DNA from: Veleropilina oligotropha
Lineage: Eukaryota
Reading direction: 5' to 3'
Assembly: GCA_048128005.1 (NCBI GenBank)
Contig: JBEUKZ010000100.1
Span: forward strand, 434,001-498,000
Length of the DNA stretch: 64,000 bases
Positions within the stretch are counted from its first letter, which is position 1; the number at the start of each line of letters is the position of its first letter. Both the position numbers and the translations under genes were made by a program. Positions 1-12,900 of this stretch are shown in pieces. The notes beneath the pieces were generated by a model. It did not search any database. It saw only the letters and a list, made by a program, of their open reading frames with translations, and was not told the origin of the DNA.

Positions 1-31
1 AGCATGCATCGCCAATGATGCAGGAGGAATT
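1..31 (-). CDS. VWDE-like exon 16 (truncated by window edge)
   Basis: ctgcag acceptor followed in phase 0 by [10 protein letters not shown]. Confidence 0.65.
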
Positions 32-909
32 CTGCAGATTGATTGAATTGTGCATAGTATTAAATAATTGCACAATGACTAATCGCGAATAATTCTGAAT
101 ACAGTGATCTAGATAAGGGTTTTCAGTCCAGAAGTAATGCACTCCCTCATTTCATCAATGTTTGCGTATTTGAGGATTTTGGTGCGTAATGTACACTGAA
201 TGCAGATCATCTGCAGAACGGTAATACATTGGTTCAAATATGTGTAGGAAGTGAATATCCATATATACCACTCACCGTTTGACTGCACAATCCAGCAGCA
301 GGGTCGCACGTTAAACACGTGGGATTGTAGGCGGCGTAGAAGGCCTGGTTGCTCCAATTGAGATCATTGTTGGCAACAGTGACATTATATGTATTATCAG
401 GCGGTTTATACGCAGCACACAGGACAGAACTCTCGCTAACAAATTGAGCAACAGATGACACCTCCTAGCAAGAACAAGACAATGTATAGCAGTGTTGATG
501 TGGTATCATGTAAAGAACTACGATCCAGCACACACAATAAATTGTACCTTAATAAACCGCGAACTGAGTCAATGAAAAGATCATTCTCTTATAGAGGAGC
601 GCAGCTCTGGAACACATTACCCCAAACAGTGAAAGATGGTAAATCAATCAATATCTTCAAAGTAAGAATGAATAACCATTTAAAGGCACTGTCTGCAAAT
701 GCTTAGACATATATATATATATATGTATATATTATTTTCTATTGTACTGTATTTGCTATTCTGACTCTTACTATTCTGCCGAATGATTTTTAACGTTTGT
801 CTTATGATGTGCATCCTGTAGATATTTTTAGTATTGGTGGGTACTTTGTGTAGTTAGCGAGGGACTCAGGGAAGATTGGTAACCTTTATACTAACTGATC
901 TCCCTCGAT

Positions 910-946
<37 letters not shown>

Positions 947-3900
947 GAAATCAAATATTTATAAAGATGGGCAAGACAATGTCATAATACTTTTGAAAGA
1001 GATATTTAGATTGACAAGAATTACAATTTATTATACAGATGCTCGTTTACGTTGTTGACCTATAAATAAAGCAAAATAACCTGTAAATACTTATAACTGT
1101 AATCTCCCTAGCACGTGTAATGCAGCAAGCTGGAGGGATTGTCTCCTCACACAAGCTACATCATCATCATCTATTTTATTGCTACAATATAAAGGTCAAG
1201 GTCACCCATCTCTGACCTTGAACAATGGCCTCCTCTAAGGGCACCTGTGCACCTCACATCAAGAGGATGCTGAGTTACGTTGCACCAAAGGTCGGATGGA
1301 CGAACATTCCGAAAGCAATGCTGATTGAACTAGAACTAAGAGCAATGAAATCACTGAAGTTTCAGAATTACCTGATTCGTTTGTCCAGTGGCACACACTA
1401 GTTGGGGATTCTTGACAAAGATTCCACCATAAACAACCACTGTTGAGCAATCATCAACGAGGATATTGCATAATCCGTTATCAGCCAAACGGAAGATGGC
1501 TGGTGCCATGTCTTTTGGTATATCGCAGGCTGGTCCAATAAAGCCATCTTGACATACACAAACTCCTAGAAAAATGAAGAAACAATTTAGTCTTCTGATA
1601 TATATTTCAATTCAATACTCTCAACTGATTAATAAACAAGTGGTTGCCCCCAGGATTCAGTACAAAGTTTGACAAAACATTTCCAATATTCAAATGTTAT
1701 CTACCACATCAGTGTGGTTAGTAGAAATGTAAACATTGAGAAATCCAACATTTCTGTACATTGAATCAAGTAGTGAGACACTGTGTTCAAATTCTTTCAA
1801 AAAATATGCAATATACAAACTTGTTCTACCTCTTGTTCTGGACTTGTTCGACCACTGAGACATTATTTGAGCACTTTAAATTCAAAGTTGAAAAATATTC
1901 AAACACAATAACAGCAATCAGCAGAATAATGTTAGCAATATTCATTGTTTCAACATCCCAAATGTGGATGGATGCAAACTTATTTTGCAAATAGATCTAT
2001 ACAATACTAGGTTTGGTAAAGCCAAATAAAGGATATATATGTGTGAAACGTTGTGAAATCATTCATGCCACCAATATGAAGTTACCTCTAGTACAGAGAT
2101 CCCCACACACTTGTAAGCAGATGGCCTGGAGCAAGGAGGTCTGCTTGTCCGTGCCCCACAATGCAACATCATTATCTACACGGTAGTAGCAATGTTGCAG
2201 TTGTGATTGCCAACCAAATGCAGCCAGTTCTGCATTATCTGAGAGCTGCAAGATAAACCAAATAAAATTACTTAAGGTTGCATTAGATTGTATTTTGAAT
2301 CGCGCAAACTGCATCTGAGAGGGCCGACGGAGCTCCTTAGACAAAGGATAGTGGGTACTGTTTCTCAGCCAATCATACACGGTTATTCCCAGAGTGACGC
2401 GATGACGTATTGTGTTCCACCAAATTATATGCGAGGACCTGAACATGTAGTATATCAAGGCTATGCTATAGCTAGTAAGCGTGTCAGTGTTCAGGTGTCG
2501 TCCATTCTAATCACTTAGTATATTAACACTGCGGAAGACTAGGGTCTGCGAGAGGACCCAGACATGGATATTTCAGCAATAGCTTTACCACTTTACTAAA
2601 CGTAATTGTATCTGTATATTCTCTCTGGATGTGCTAGTATATAGATATATATTATATATGCGTTATAACAATGCAACTGCCAACAGCAGTGGAAAGCATG
2701 GTGTTATGATGTTCATAAACATAGTTTATTAAATAATAAACTCACATCTGCATAAGGAACTACAGTATAGGGGCTAAATGCACTATTTTCAAGTAGTCTT
2801 TAGCAAGCAAACTGACCTGTAATCACAACGAAACCGTACGATTTTTATATTTAAATTTTTAAAATGCATCCCTGTAGTCGAAAGTTATTTAACATTAAAA
2901 ATTTGTAAACAGCTTTTTTCGAGACAAAAGTGTCGCACAATGAGGACATGAAGTCTATGCACATGCGCGAGAAGTAACACGAAAATTGAATTGCTCCTGA
3001 AATCGTGAAGGAAAACGGCTAAGTATTAGGATAAAAGGGGTTGTTATTGTATGAAAACCGGTTATCATTTGATTACATATTAGTAGTTGCATTGGTAAAA
3101 CCATGGGGATTTTGATAAAGCATTATTTGTGAAATTGTATTTTTTCGGATTGACACAGGGAACGCTGGATAGGCGCCATATTGTTGTAATATTGTAAACA
3201 ATAATTTATAGAAAGTTTTGTTTCATTGGTTCAATTCACAGTATATTGAAATGGGTTGTCGAAGTATCATATGCAGGGAGGGACATTTGTTGAGCAAATG
3301 GATCTGTTGCGATAAGTGTGATATGTGGGTTGTGTATGAGAGCGAGTGTGTAAACGAGGTGATTGGTTATGCATGCATGAAAGAATTTGTTTTCGTGTGT
3401 AATAAATGCAATACGTTGGACGCTGCGATCAAACTACTAGAAGAGCTCGTAAACAAAGAAAATCGTGACATGGGACTGCAGATGGACGACATCTCTAAGG
3501 CAGGTGAATCTGGAATCTGGTACGAAAAGGAAGCAGAAAAACGGACACACCAACATCGTTAGTACAAACAGGTAATAGATATGCATGTTTGACAGAAGAA
3601 ATGATTGTTCAGCATGAATGTGATACAAATGAGATCATTGACATGACTGAGAGTGATACAAATGAAGTGAGGAAGGTTGATATGTATGACATAGATGATG
3701 AGTGGGTTATTTTGGATGAGTGTAAAGCGTCAGAAGCTATTGTTCTGATAGGATCGTCAATAGTTAGATATACTGACAAGATTTTTTGTGATGTTGACAG
3801 GAAAAGACGAACAAGGGTGTGTTTACCTGGCGCCAAAATCGAGGACGTCACATCAAGGGCAGAGAGTTTGACAGCTGGCGAAGGCACTATAGTCGTCATT

Positions 3901-6900
3901 ATTGGGACTAACAACATCGAGAAAGACAGTCCAGAGGAAATGCAGGTGAAGTACCAGGAATTGCTTCCGAAATTGGGCAGCGATGGTAAGAGAAATGTGA
4001 TTGCAGGTGGGCTGTTGCCAAGGAGAGGACCCAAGAGATTGTTGGAGAAGATGAGAGTGGTAAATGACTGGTTACGTGAGTATTGTTGTTCGGAGGGTTT
4101 TGGGTTCTTTCACTTGTGGGACAGGTTTGAGGGTAAGAGGGAGTGGTACTTCAAAGATGGTCTGCACCCTGCATTTAAACTGTTAAAGGGGGACGTGGGA
4201 TCAACAAAGCAGGAAAAGAGAACAAAACATACATTAGCGATCCAAATAATGCAAAGATGGAAAGAAAAACTCCAGCCACTGGAAAGAAAACGGGCCCATC
4301 AAAATCTAGAGGCGATATAAAAGACAAAAAAGAGTTAAAAGTTATCTTTACAAATGCACAAAGTGTGATGAATAAACGAGGGGAATTAGAAACAATAATA
4401 GATGTACACAACCCAGATGTGTTAGGAGTTACAGAGTCATGGACAAACAATAACATAAAAGATGCAGAATTAAATGTGTTGGGTTACAAATTATACAGAG
4501 AGGATAGAACAGATACTTTAAATGGCAGAGGGGGATGGGTACTGCTATACATAAAAGAAGAACTAAATTCTGTTTCTCGTGACGATTTTAAAATAAACTC
4601 TTTTCAAAATTCAGTTTGGTGCGAAATTTTGGCCAGTAATAAAAGAGATTTCACAATTGTCGGTATTATTTACCGTTCACCAAATACAGTAGCCCAGAAG
4701 AAAATAGTGCTAACTTAAACAAAACGTTAGCGAGAGTGAGTAACTGCAAAACTGTAAGCTAAACGTATTAGTTATGGGAGACTTTAACTACCTGGATATA
4801 AGTTGGAAAAATTTGCATAGTGGGAAAGCAGGCAATGACTTTTTAACAACAATACAAAATGGATTTATGCATCAACATGTGGATTTCCCGACTAGAGAAT
4901 GTAAATCTAATGTATTAGATTTAGTGTTTTCCAGTGAATTAAATATGGTTCAAAACATAAGCAGAATTGGTAAACTTGGAAGTAGTGATCATGACTTGAT
5001 TGAATTTCAGCTACACACAAAAACAAATATGAAAACAAGCAAACAATACCAGATTTTCGAAAAGCAGACTTTGACAAAATTAAGTCAGATCTCCGAAATA
5101 TAAACTGGGGAGAATCTGAAAACCTAAATGCTAAAGGTTGGGAAACTTTTCGAATTAACATCAAAGAAATAATGAAATTAAATGTTCCACTAAAGTGTAG
5201 ACGCAAACAGCATTCACCACCATGGTTAACCAGGAAAGTAAGAAAAATTATCAGAAGGAAATATAAGCATTGGAAACGATACAGGGATTCACATAACACA
5301 GATAACCACCAAAAATATCAAGAATGTGAGAAAATGTGTAAAAACTAAATCCGAGCAGCCAAGAAATGTTTTGAAGAAAATCTAGCAAAAAACATCAAAG
5401 AAAATCCAAAATCATTTTATGCTTACATTAGGTCAAAACAAAAAACAAAAGATGTCGTAGGTCCCCCCCCCCCCCCCCCTGAAAGATGAAAAGGGAAATG
5501 CTATATCAGATGATTCACAAATCGCAGAATCCTTAAACAAATATTTTGCATCTGTCTACGTATACGTTGGAGGATACGGTAAACATGCCACTGGAAAAAC
5601 ATATTTTTCGAGAAAAGGAAAACTTTTGTGAAAGTATTGGGATTACGACTGAAATGGTTGAAAAAAAGATAAACTTACTAAATGTTAGTAAAGCTCCAGG
5701 TCCGGACAATATATATCCCAAATTGCTGAAAGCCGGTAAGGAAGAATTAGTAAAGCCATTAACCTTGATATTCAATAAATCATTAATAGAAGGAAGTTTG
5801 CCTGATGACTGGAAAATTGGTAATATTACCCCAATCTTTAAGAAGGGAAGTAGGTCAAACACCCAAAATTATCGACCTATTAGTCTGACATCAATAGTAG
5901 GCAAGATCATGGAATGATGCTATCTTACAACACATTAATAAATTTGACTTGCTAAACCTTAGTCAGCATGGATTTATGGCGAAACGGTCTTGTTTAACCA
6001 ACTTACTGGAATTTTTTGAAGATGTAACAACTGCCATAGATACGGGCAAACCAGTTGATATAATATATCTTGATTTTCAAAAGGCATCCAACAAAGTACC
6101 ACATAAACGGCTGATACAAAAATTAAGTAACCATGGTCTGAAAGGCCCAATATTAAACTGGATAAGGATGTGGCTAGAAAATAGAAGGTTGTAATAAATG
6201 GGATCAAGTCAAAGTGGGAACTAGCCGGTACGAAGTGGAGTCCCGCAAGGTTCTGTTTTGGGCCCATTGCTGTTTCTTATATATTTAAATGACATTGATG
6301 ACATCATTACGTCTCTTGTAAAAAAGTTTGCAGATGATACCAAATTGTACAGAATTGTTGAAACTGAAGAAGATGCAAAAACAGTTCAAAGTGATTTAAA
6401 CAATCTGGTAAAATGGTCAGAGAATTGGCAAATGCTTTTTAACACCAGTAAATGCAAGGTATTGCATGCGGGTTATAACAACAAAACTTTCAATTATAAA
6501 ATGGGTTCAGATACCTTAGAAGTAGTAACAAAAGAGAAAGATTTGGGTGTATGGGTAGACAAGACGTTTAAACCATCAAATCAAATGAATGTGCAGAATC
6601 AGCTAAAAAGGGAAATCAAACATTGGGAATGATAAGGAGAAACTTTAATTTTAAATCCAGAGTCATCATAACACGCTTATACAAGCAAATGGTTAGACCG
6701 CATTTAGAATATGCAGTGCAAGCATGGAGCCCATATCTTGCAAAGGATATCAAAATTCTTGAACAACTTCAAAGAAGAGCCACAAAATTGATAGGCGAAT
6801 TGAGAGAATTACCTTATGAGGATAGACGAAGAGCACTTAACCTCACAACATTGTCTTTGAGAAGGACACGGGGGGGGATATGATTTAGGTATTTAAAATG

Positions 6901-9900
6901 GTTACAGGAATTGACACTGGTGACAGTACTTTCTTTTTTCAGATGAACCAAAGACCTACCAGGGGCCATAAATACAAAGTTTACAAAAAAAAGATTCCGA
7001 CTAGACGTTAGAAAACACTTTTTCTCAAATTGGGTTGTCGATGAATGGAACAGAATTCCTAGTAATGTAGTAGAATCGACATCTGTAAACCAATTTAAAA
7101 ACCGCATAGATGATTATTTTAAGGAACAGGGCAGGCTATAGATAACCAGAAACGACAATGGGTTTTTTAATATGAGTGGCAGTAATGCACTTCCTAAACC
7201 CAAACAAATTCTATTTAAATCTATTTTAAATTTTCTACTATGTGTCGACATTTTGGCATTGTTCAAGGCAGAAATAGCAAATAATAGTTAATGATAAAAA
7301 ATAATTTCACATTCTGATTAACAAACATATAAATGGAAATAGTAAACTAAATCCAATTATAGACTTTCGGCAACTGGTGATACATTAAATACACTTCAAA
7401 ATATATTTTGTCAGTGTCATGCTATATATTATGAAATAACTTTACATTTAAGCATTGTCCTCATAAATTAAAATGAATTTTGGCAATAGGTTATCTTTGT
7501 ACTGTAATTGGGGTAGCATGGCGATTGGATATAAATGCTAGGATACAAAATCAAAGTACTAGGTAGTTTTATATACACAATGTCTTCATTGCACGCAGTG
7601 TCATTTAATCTGATATATATATATTTCATTCACCAGACTTGAACAAATGTTGGTCAACAGGGAAACGGTTATGGACATCTTTGACTGCCAACTCCACAAA
7701 GTGCTGAGCAGAGGGGTCAAACTCACTCCCGTGGAACAGAGCAGTCAGGCTGAGCAGTGGGATCAAACTCACTCCCGTGGATCAATGCAGTCAGGCTGAG
7801 CAGTGGGATCAAACTCACTCCCGTGGAACTGAGCAGTCAGGCTGAGCAGTGGGATCAAACTCACTCCCAGGGATCAGAGCAGTCAGGCTGAGCAGTGGGA
7901 TCAAACTCACTCCCGTGGAACAGAGCAGTCAAGCTGAGCAGTGGGATCAAACTCACTCCCAGGGATCAGAGCAGTCAGGCTGAGCAGTGGGATCAAACTC
8001 ACTCCCGTGGAACAGAGCAGTCAGGCTGAGCAGTGGGATCAAACTCACTCCCGTGGATCAGAGCAGTCAGGCTGAGCAGTGGGATCAAACTCACACTCGT
8101 GCATCAGAGCAGTCAGGCTGAGCATTGGGTTCAAACTCACTCCCGTGGTACAGAGCAATCAGGCTGAGCAGTGGGTTCAAACTCACTCCTGTGGATCAGA
8201 GCCGTCAGGCTGAGCAGTGGGTTCAAACTCACTCCTGTGGAACAGAGCAGTCAGGCTGAGCAGTGGGTTCAAACTCACTCCTGTGGAACAGAGCAGTCAG
8301 GCTGAGAAGTGGGTTCAAACTCACTCCCGTAGAACAGAGCAGTCAGGCTGAGTAGTGGGTTCAAACTCACTCCTGTGGATCAGAGCCGTCACGCTGAGCA
8401 GTGGGTTCAAACTCACTCCTGTGGAACAGAGCAGTCAGGCTGAGCAGTGGGTTCAAACTCACTCCCGTGGATCAGAGCAGTCAGGCTGAGCAGTGGGATC
8501 AAACTCACTCCCGTGCATCAGAGCAGTCAGCCTGAGCAGTGGGTTCAAACTCACTCCCGTGCATCAGAGCAGTCAGGCTGAGCAGTGGGTTCAAACTCAC
8601 TCCCGTGCATCAGAGCAGTCAGGCTGAGCAGTGGGTTCAAACTCACTCCTGTGGAACTGAGCAGTGGGTTCAAACTCACTCCCGTGCATCAGAGCAGTCA
8701 GGCTGAGCAGTGGGTTCAAACTCACTCCCGTGCATCAGAGCAGTCAGGCTGAGCAGTGGGTTCAAACTCACTCCTGTGGAACAGAGCAGTCAGGCTGAGC
8801 AGTGGGTTCAAACTCACTCCCGTAGAACAGAGCAGTCAGGCTGAGCAGTGGGTTCAAACTCACTCCCGTGGATCAGAGCAGTCGGGCTGAGCAGTGGGAT
8901 CAAACTCACTCCTGTGGAACAGAGCAGTCATGCTGAGCAGTGGGTTCAAACTCACTCCTGTGGATCAGAGCAGTCAGGCGGGTGAATTTGGAGTCACCGA
9001 GCTGAATTCACAGAAATTATATAACTTCAATGCATTTTTCAACAGACAATAACAATCTCTTTGAATGACAACATCTACAACTTGTACAAGTGCCACTTTG
9101 CCCTGCAAGCAAATATCCAGGCAACATACAGATAACGTAACAGAATCTAGTATTGAAACGTTAAAATTAAAATTATTTAAAATGCTAACAGTAAGTTATC
9201 AAATTGAATGTGAACAATACCTGCAGGCTCAGAACGCAGTTGTCGTCCACAGCTGTATCGACGGGCCCGCACTCTGCAATGAAGTTAGCTGCAGCCACTC
9301 GCAGACCATCACAGTAGTCCCTAGCCGTGGTCTCGTTCCAGGAAGTGGAGGCCCAATCCGTCGGCTGGAGCAGAGAAACAAATATATGCCGATTTAAATA
9401 CAGCATGGGTTGATATAGGAGCAAGCCTTCTAATCGTTCATTTATTGTCTAACAGAATCAAATGAAAATTACAATGAAACTGGTGAAACTTAATACCCAT
9501 ATATGGATGATGAAGATATCATAATTTTGACCAACATTCTATTGTTTATTTGGAACCCAACCTGAATTAAATGTAGAATCAGAACTGTTTCCATTATTTA
9601 CAATTTTAACGCTAGTATAATACACTAGAGAATATATTACATGCATAAATCAAAATTATGATGATAACTGAAATATTATAATATAAATGCATACACAAAT
9701 GCGGTAAATACTTATTAAATATGTGGCATACTGCTGAGCTCTCTATTATTTTAAATGGTGGTATGAGTTGCCGAAGAATTCCATACTCCCATAATAAGAT
9801 GGCAAACCTGATATGCAGCCAGACAGTTAATGTGACAATTATGAATGCAAAGCACACTTTCCCACTATTTTTGTGAAATTGACAAAACAAACATACCATA

Positions 9901-12900
9901 AAGCCTCAGTTTGATTTGTCACTTAACACATTATCTGAAAACGGATCAATGTTAACATCTTGTAAAATTTGATCTGTCCTGCAATGTGTTACGCCATGAA
10001 TGTGTCTAAGCACAATAAACAATGTTAAACATTAGAGTTGAGTATCGCGAAAATTTTCGTATCGCGATATATTTCAATACAAACGATCATATTGCAATAC
10101 GTATTGCGATATATTGCCAAATGCTCAGTATGAACGTAGTCCACATATCGTATAGCAACACACAGCCAAATGGATTTTCCAATTAGTACTACGTGTACTA
10201 TATTGGCCCTACTATTGGCACATGTTAGCAGGGTTTGTACGCAAAGACGATACAAATTTATTTCGAAAGTGTGGAAATATAATGCAATTTGCGGTAAAAA
10301 ATCCCCCAGCGACAGCGATTTGAAGGTATCACGTGAGCGCATTCGAATGCTTACCGAATGAATAAGACATCGATCGGTCTTTTCCGGTGTCATTACTCTT
10401 CCAATACGCGAGTTTTAACAAAGTGCAACGAAGACATTCAGGAGATTTTACAATAAAAATAAATCATAATGGTTGTCTTCAGAATGGAAACAAAGTAAAA
10501 ATGGCGACATACAATAACTTTGGATCAAATAACTTTATTCGGCGGTAATATTTATGTTGTAGACAATTGCGTAACTTACTAAATATGGAAAATTGCAATT
10601 TTGACTTAAATGGTCTAGGCACGCGCCATGCGACATGAAATTTCACGAACCACAAAATGAAGTCGCAGATGCAACAAATTTGGTCGCACTGGTAGGCATA
10701 TAAAATGAGATCTTTGGTGTCCCGCATGTTATCGGATGCACCGACAATTATGCGAATGGTATTATTAGCAAGTATGAACAATATTTGTTGTATTTGAACA
10801 CTCTATGCACGTAGTTGTCTGCGTACAAAATATCACCAAAAAACCGGTATGCCAACAGCGTATCGCGATACGCATATTATGGATAGCTACATCGCGATAT
10901 ACCGGTTAACCGGTTCTATCGCGCACCCCTATTAAACATACTAGATAATCATGTGACTTACAGGCCGAAACATGGCAGCATCATACTGGAATACGTTCAG
11001 CGCCGGTTCTGTAGGGTGACAATTACCAGGTGGAAGGGCTTTGAATCTTAAATTGTCAGTGATATCGGAGTCTACAACAGAGAAGCACATCATCGATCAT
11101 TTACTTGACTTCGCAAACAGGTTGCTGGTTAATAATGGTACATTTAAGATCATTTTAATTATCAATAATTATTGGAAAATTTAACTTCACTGTGAAATAT
11201 TAATATTTAGATAATTATATACTAGTTAGAAAGTATGAAAATGAAATTCATTATTACACATTAATTAAATATATAAGGTCGATTCATCAGCAGTACAATA
11301 TGCCGAGTAACAGAAAGTCTTCTGTCCTCACAAGATGTAAAACAAATTCCATGGCGCTATTCCTCCAATTAATATTTATTCACTATGCAGGATACCTTTC
11401 CGAAAGCCGCTTTTTTCTTGGCACGTGTCGATGAGTACATCATCTCCACAGACCATATCACCTTTACACGTGCAGTGCTGTGGACCTGGGATTGCTGGGG
11501 TGAACTGGGATGGACAGACACCGTTATAAATGCTGTCTGCACCTGATACTCTGAAGGAAATCAAACCGCTGATACATCAAAAGATGGATAGAATAAGTAT
11601 GTTTAATCCAACAAACCTGAATGAATTTACAAAAATAAAGTTACAGAATGGCAAGGGAAAAAGATTTGTCTTTGTCTAAAGAAGGCAAATTGCCACAACA
11701 TAACATATAAATATTTATAATGTAGGCATATATATGGGTGGTGCATATTCAACTACATGTAGCATAAATAAAAACTAGAAATGTGCCCATGGGACACGAA
11801 TGCCCCCACTGCTATTAATAATAGCAGAATGGAGTTACTTGCATGCAAATACTGGTTTTCGGGACGGGACGGGATGTAAGGATAAGGGTACAGACTTGTC
11901 AACATTTGATTTTGGGTGTCAGGTAGATTTTGTCGTGACGCTCATATTTTGTCGTGACATAACGATGCAAGTCGCGGAATAAAATTTGGTATTGTTTGTG
12001 TGTACATTTAATGTGAGAATGTATATTGTGTATTATCATTTTATGCGTATAATAAAATATGACAAAATATATAGTTTATATTTTAAAATTTTGTTATATT
12101 AAAATAATATTAATATTATATTTACACTGTAGGCCTACATAATTAATTTCACATTTATAAGACAGTTAGTTATAAATAATTACAGCAGACATGTTCACAA
12201 TAACAGACTTAAGTTATCATAAATATGGTATCCAGTGTTTCTAAATTCTACAAATGAGTTTGCACATATTTGACACCTATTACGTTTTGATCATTTATCC
12301 AATAATCACTAAATGCCTCTTGTAAATTTGTCATATATGCATGTATCCTCAATATTACTGTAGGCCTAATTACAGGTTGAGCAGTGAAGATGAAATTAAA
12401 TGATTTTAATCGTTATTAAAATCAGGTCGAATTTTTCCACTATGCTAAATTATCTTTAAATTGTCCATTATTTCCATGGTAAATGATAAGATTTAATCCT
12501 AAACACAAATTATGTAGTAAATGTTGTGGTTCAAACGTTGGATATGTGTAACGAAGCCCACCTTGGTAAAGTTTACTAGTAATAGGCATCAAGTTATCGA
12601 CCGTTGACAAACGCAAAATAATTATGTTGGTGTCAGTATTTAAGCTTTACAATTGTCGCAACACATATTCACCCATGCGGACTAATTTAATACTCGGCGG
12701 CAAGCTTAGTATTACTCACAAACAAAGCAATTTGTCGGTAAAGTCTTTCATTTTAAAACAATGCTTACAGTTTGTTAGTAATTAGGTTACGTTTTTCATA
12801 ACTCGCTCCGCGAAGCTACCAGAAAGTACCAATCATCTTCGCAGGTTTAAGTTCGGAAAAATTTTCACCCAATGCAAGATTATTTCTTACTCGGATGTAA

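Larger units (their letters stand above)
3200..7230 (+). mobile_element. Near-full-length degenerate CR1-type LINE in intron 12
   Basis: ORF1 has a Cys-rich PHD-like region and SGNH esterase motifs. ORF2 has APE (VTESW, MGDFN, SDH) and RT ([30 protein letters not shown]) motifs, with many stops and frameshifts. The 5' boundary is approximate. Confidence 0.9.

Noticed and set aside
1440..1500. Suspected frameshift in exon 14
   Set aside because: Re-reading gives GCT GAT AAC GGA TTA TGC, so the frame is intact.
5463..5479. Long C/G homopolymers (also about 45424-45441 and 51623-51640)
   Set aside because: Simple runs inside repeats, of uncertain length, with no independent functional evidence.
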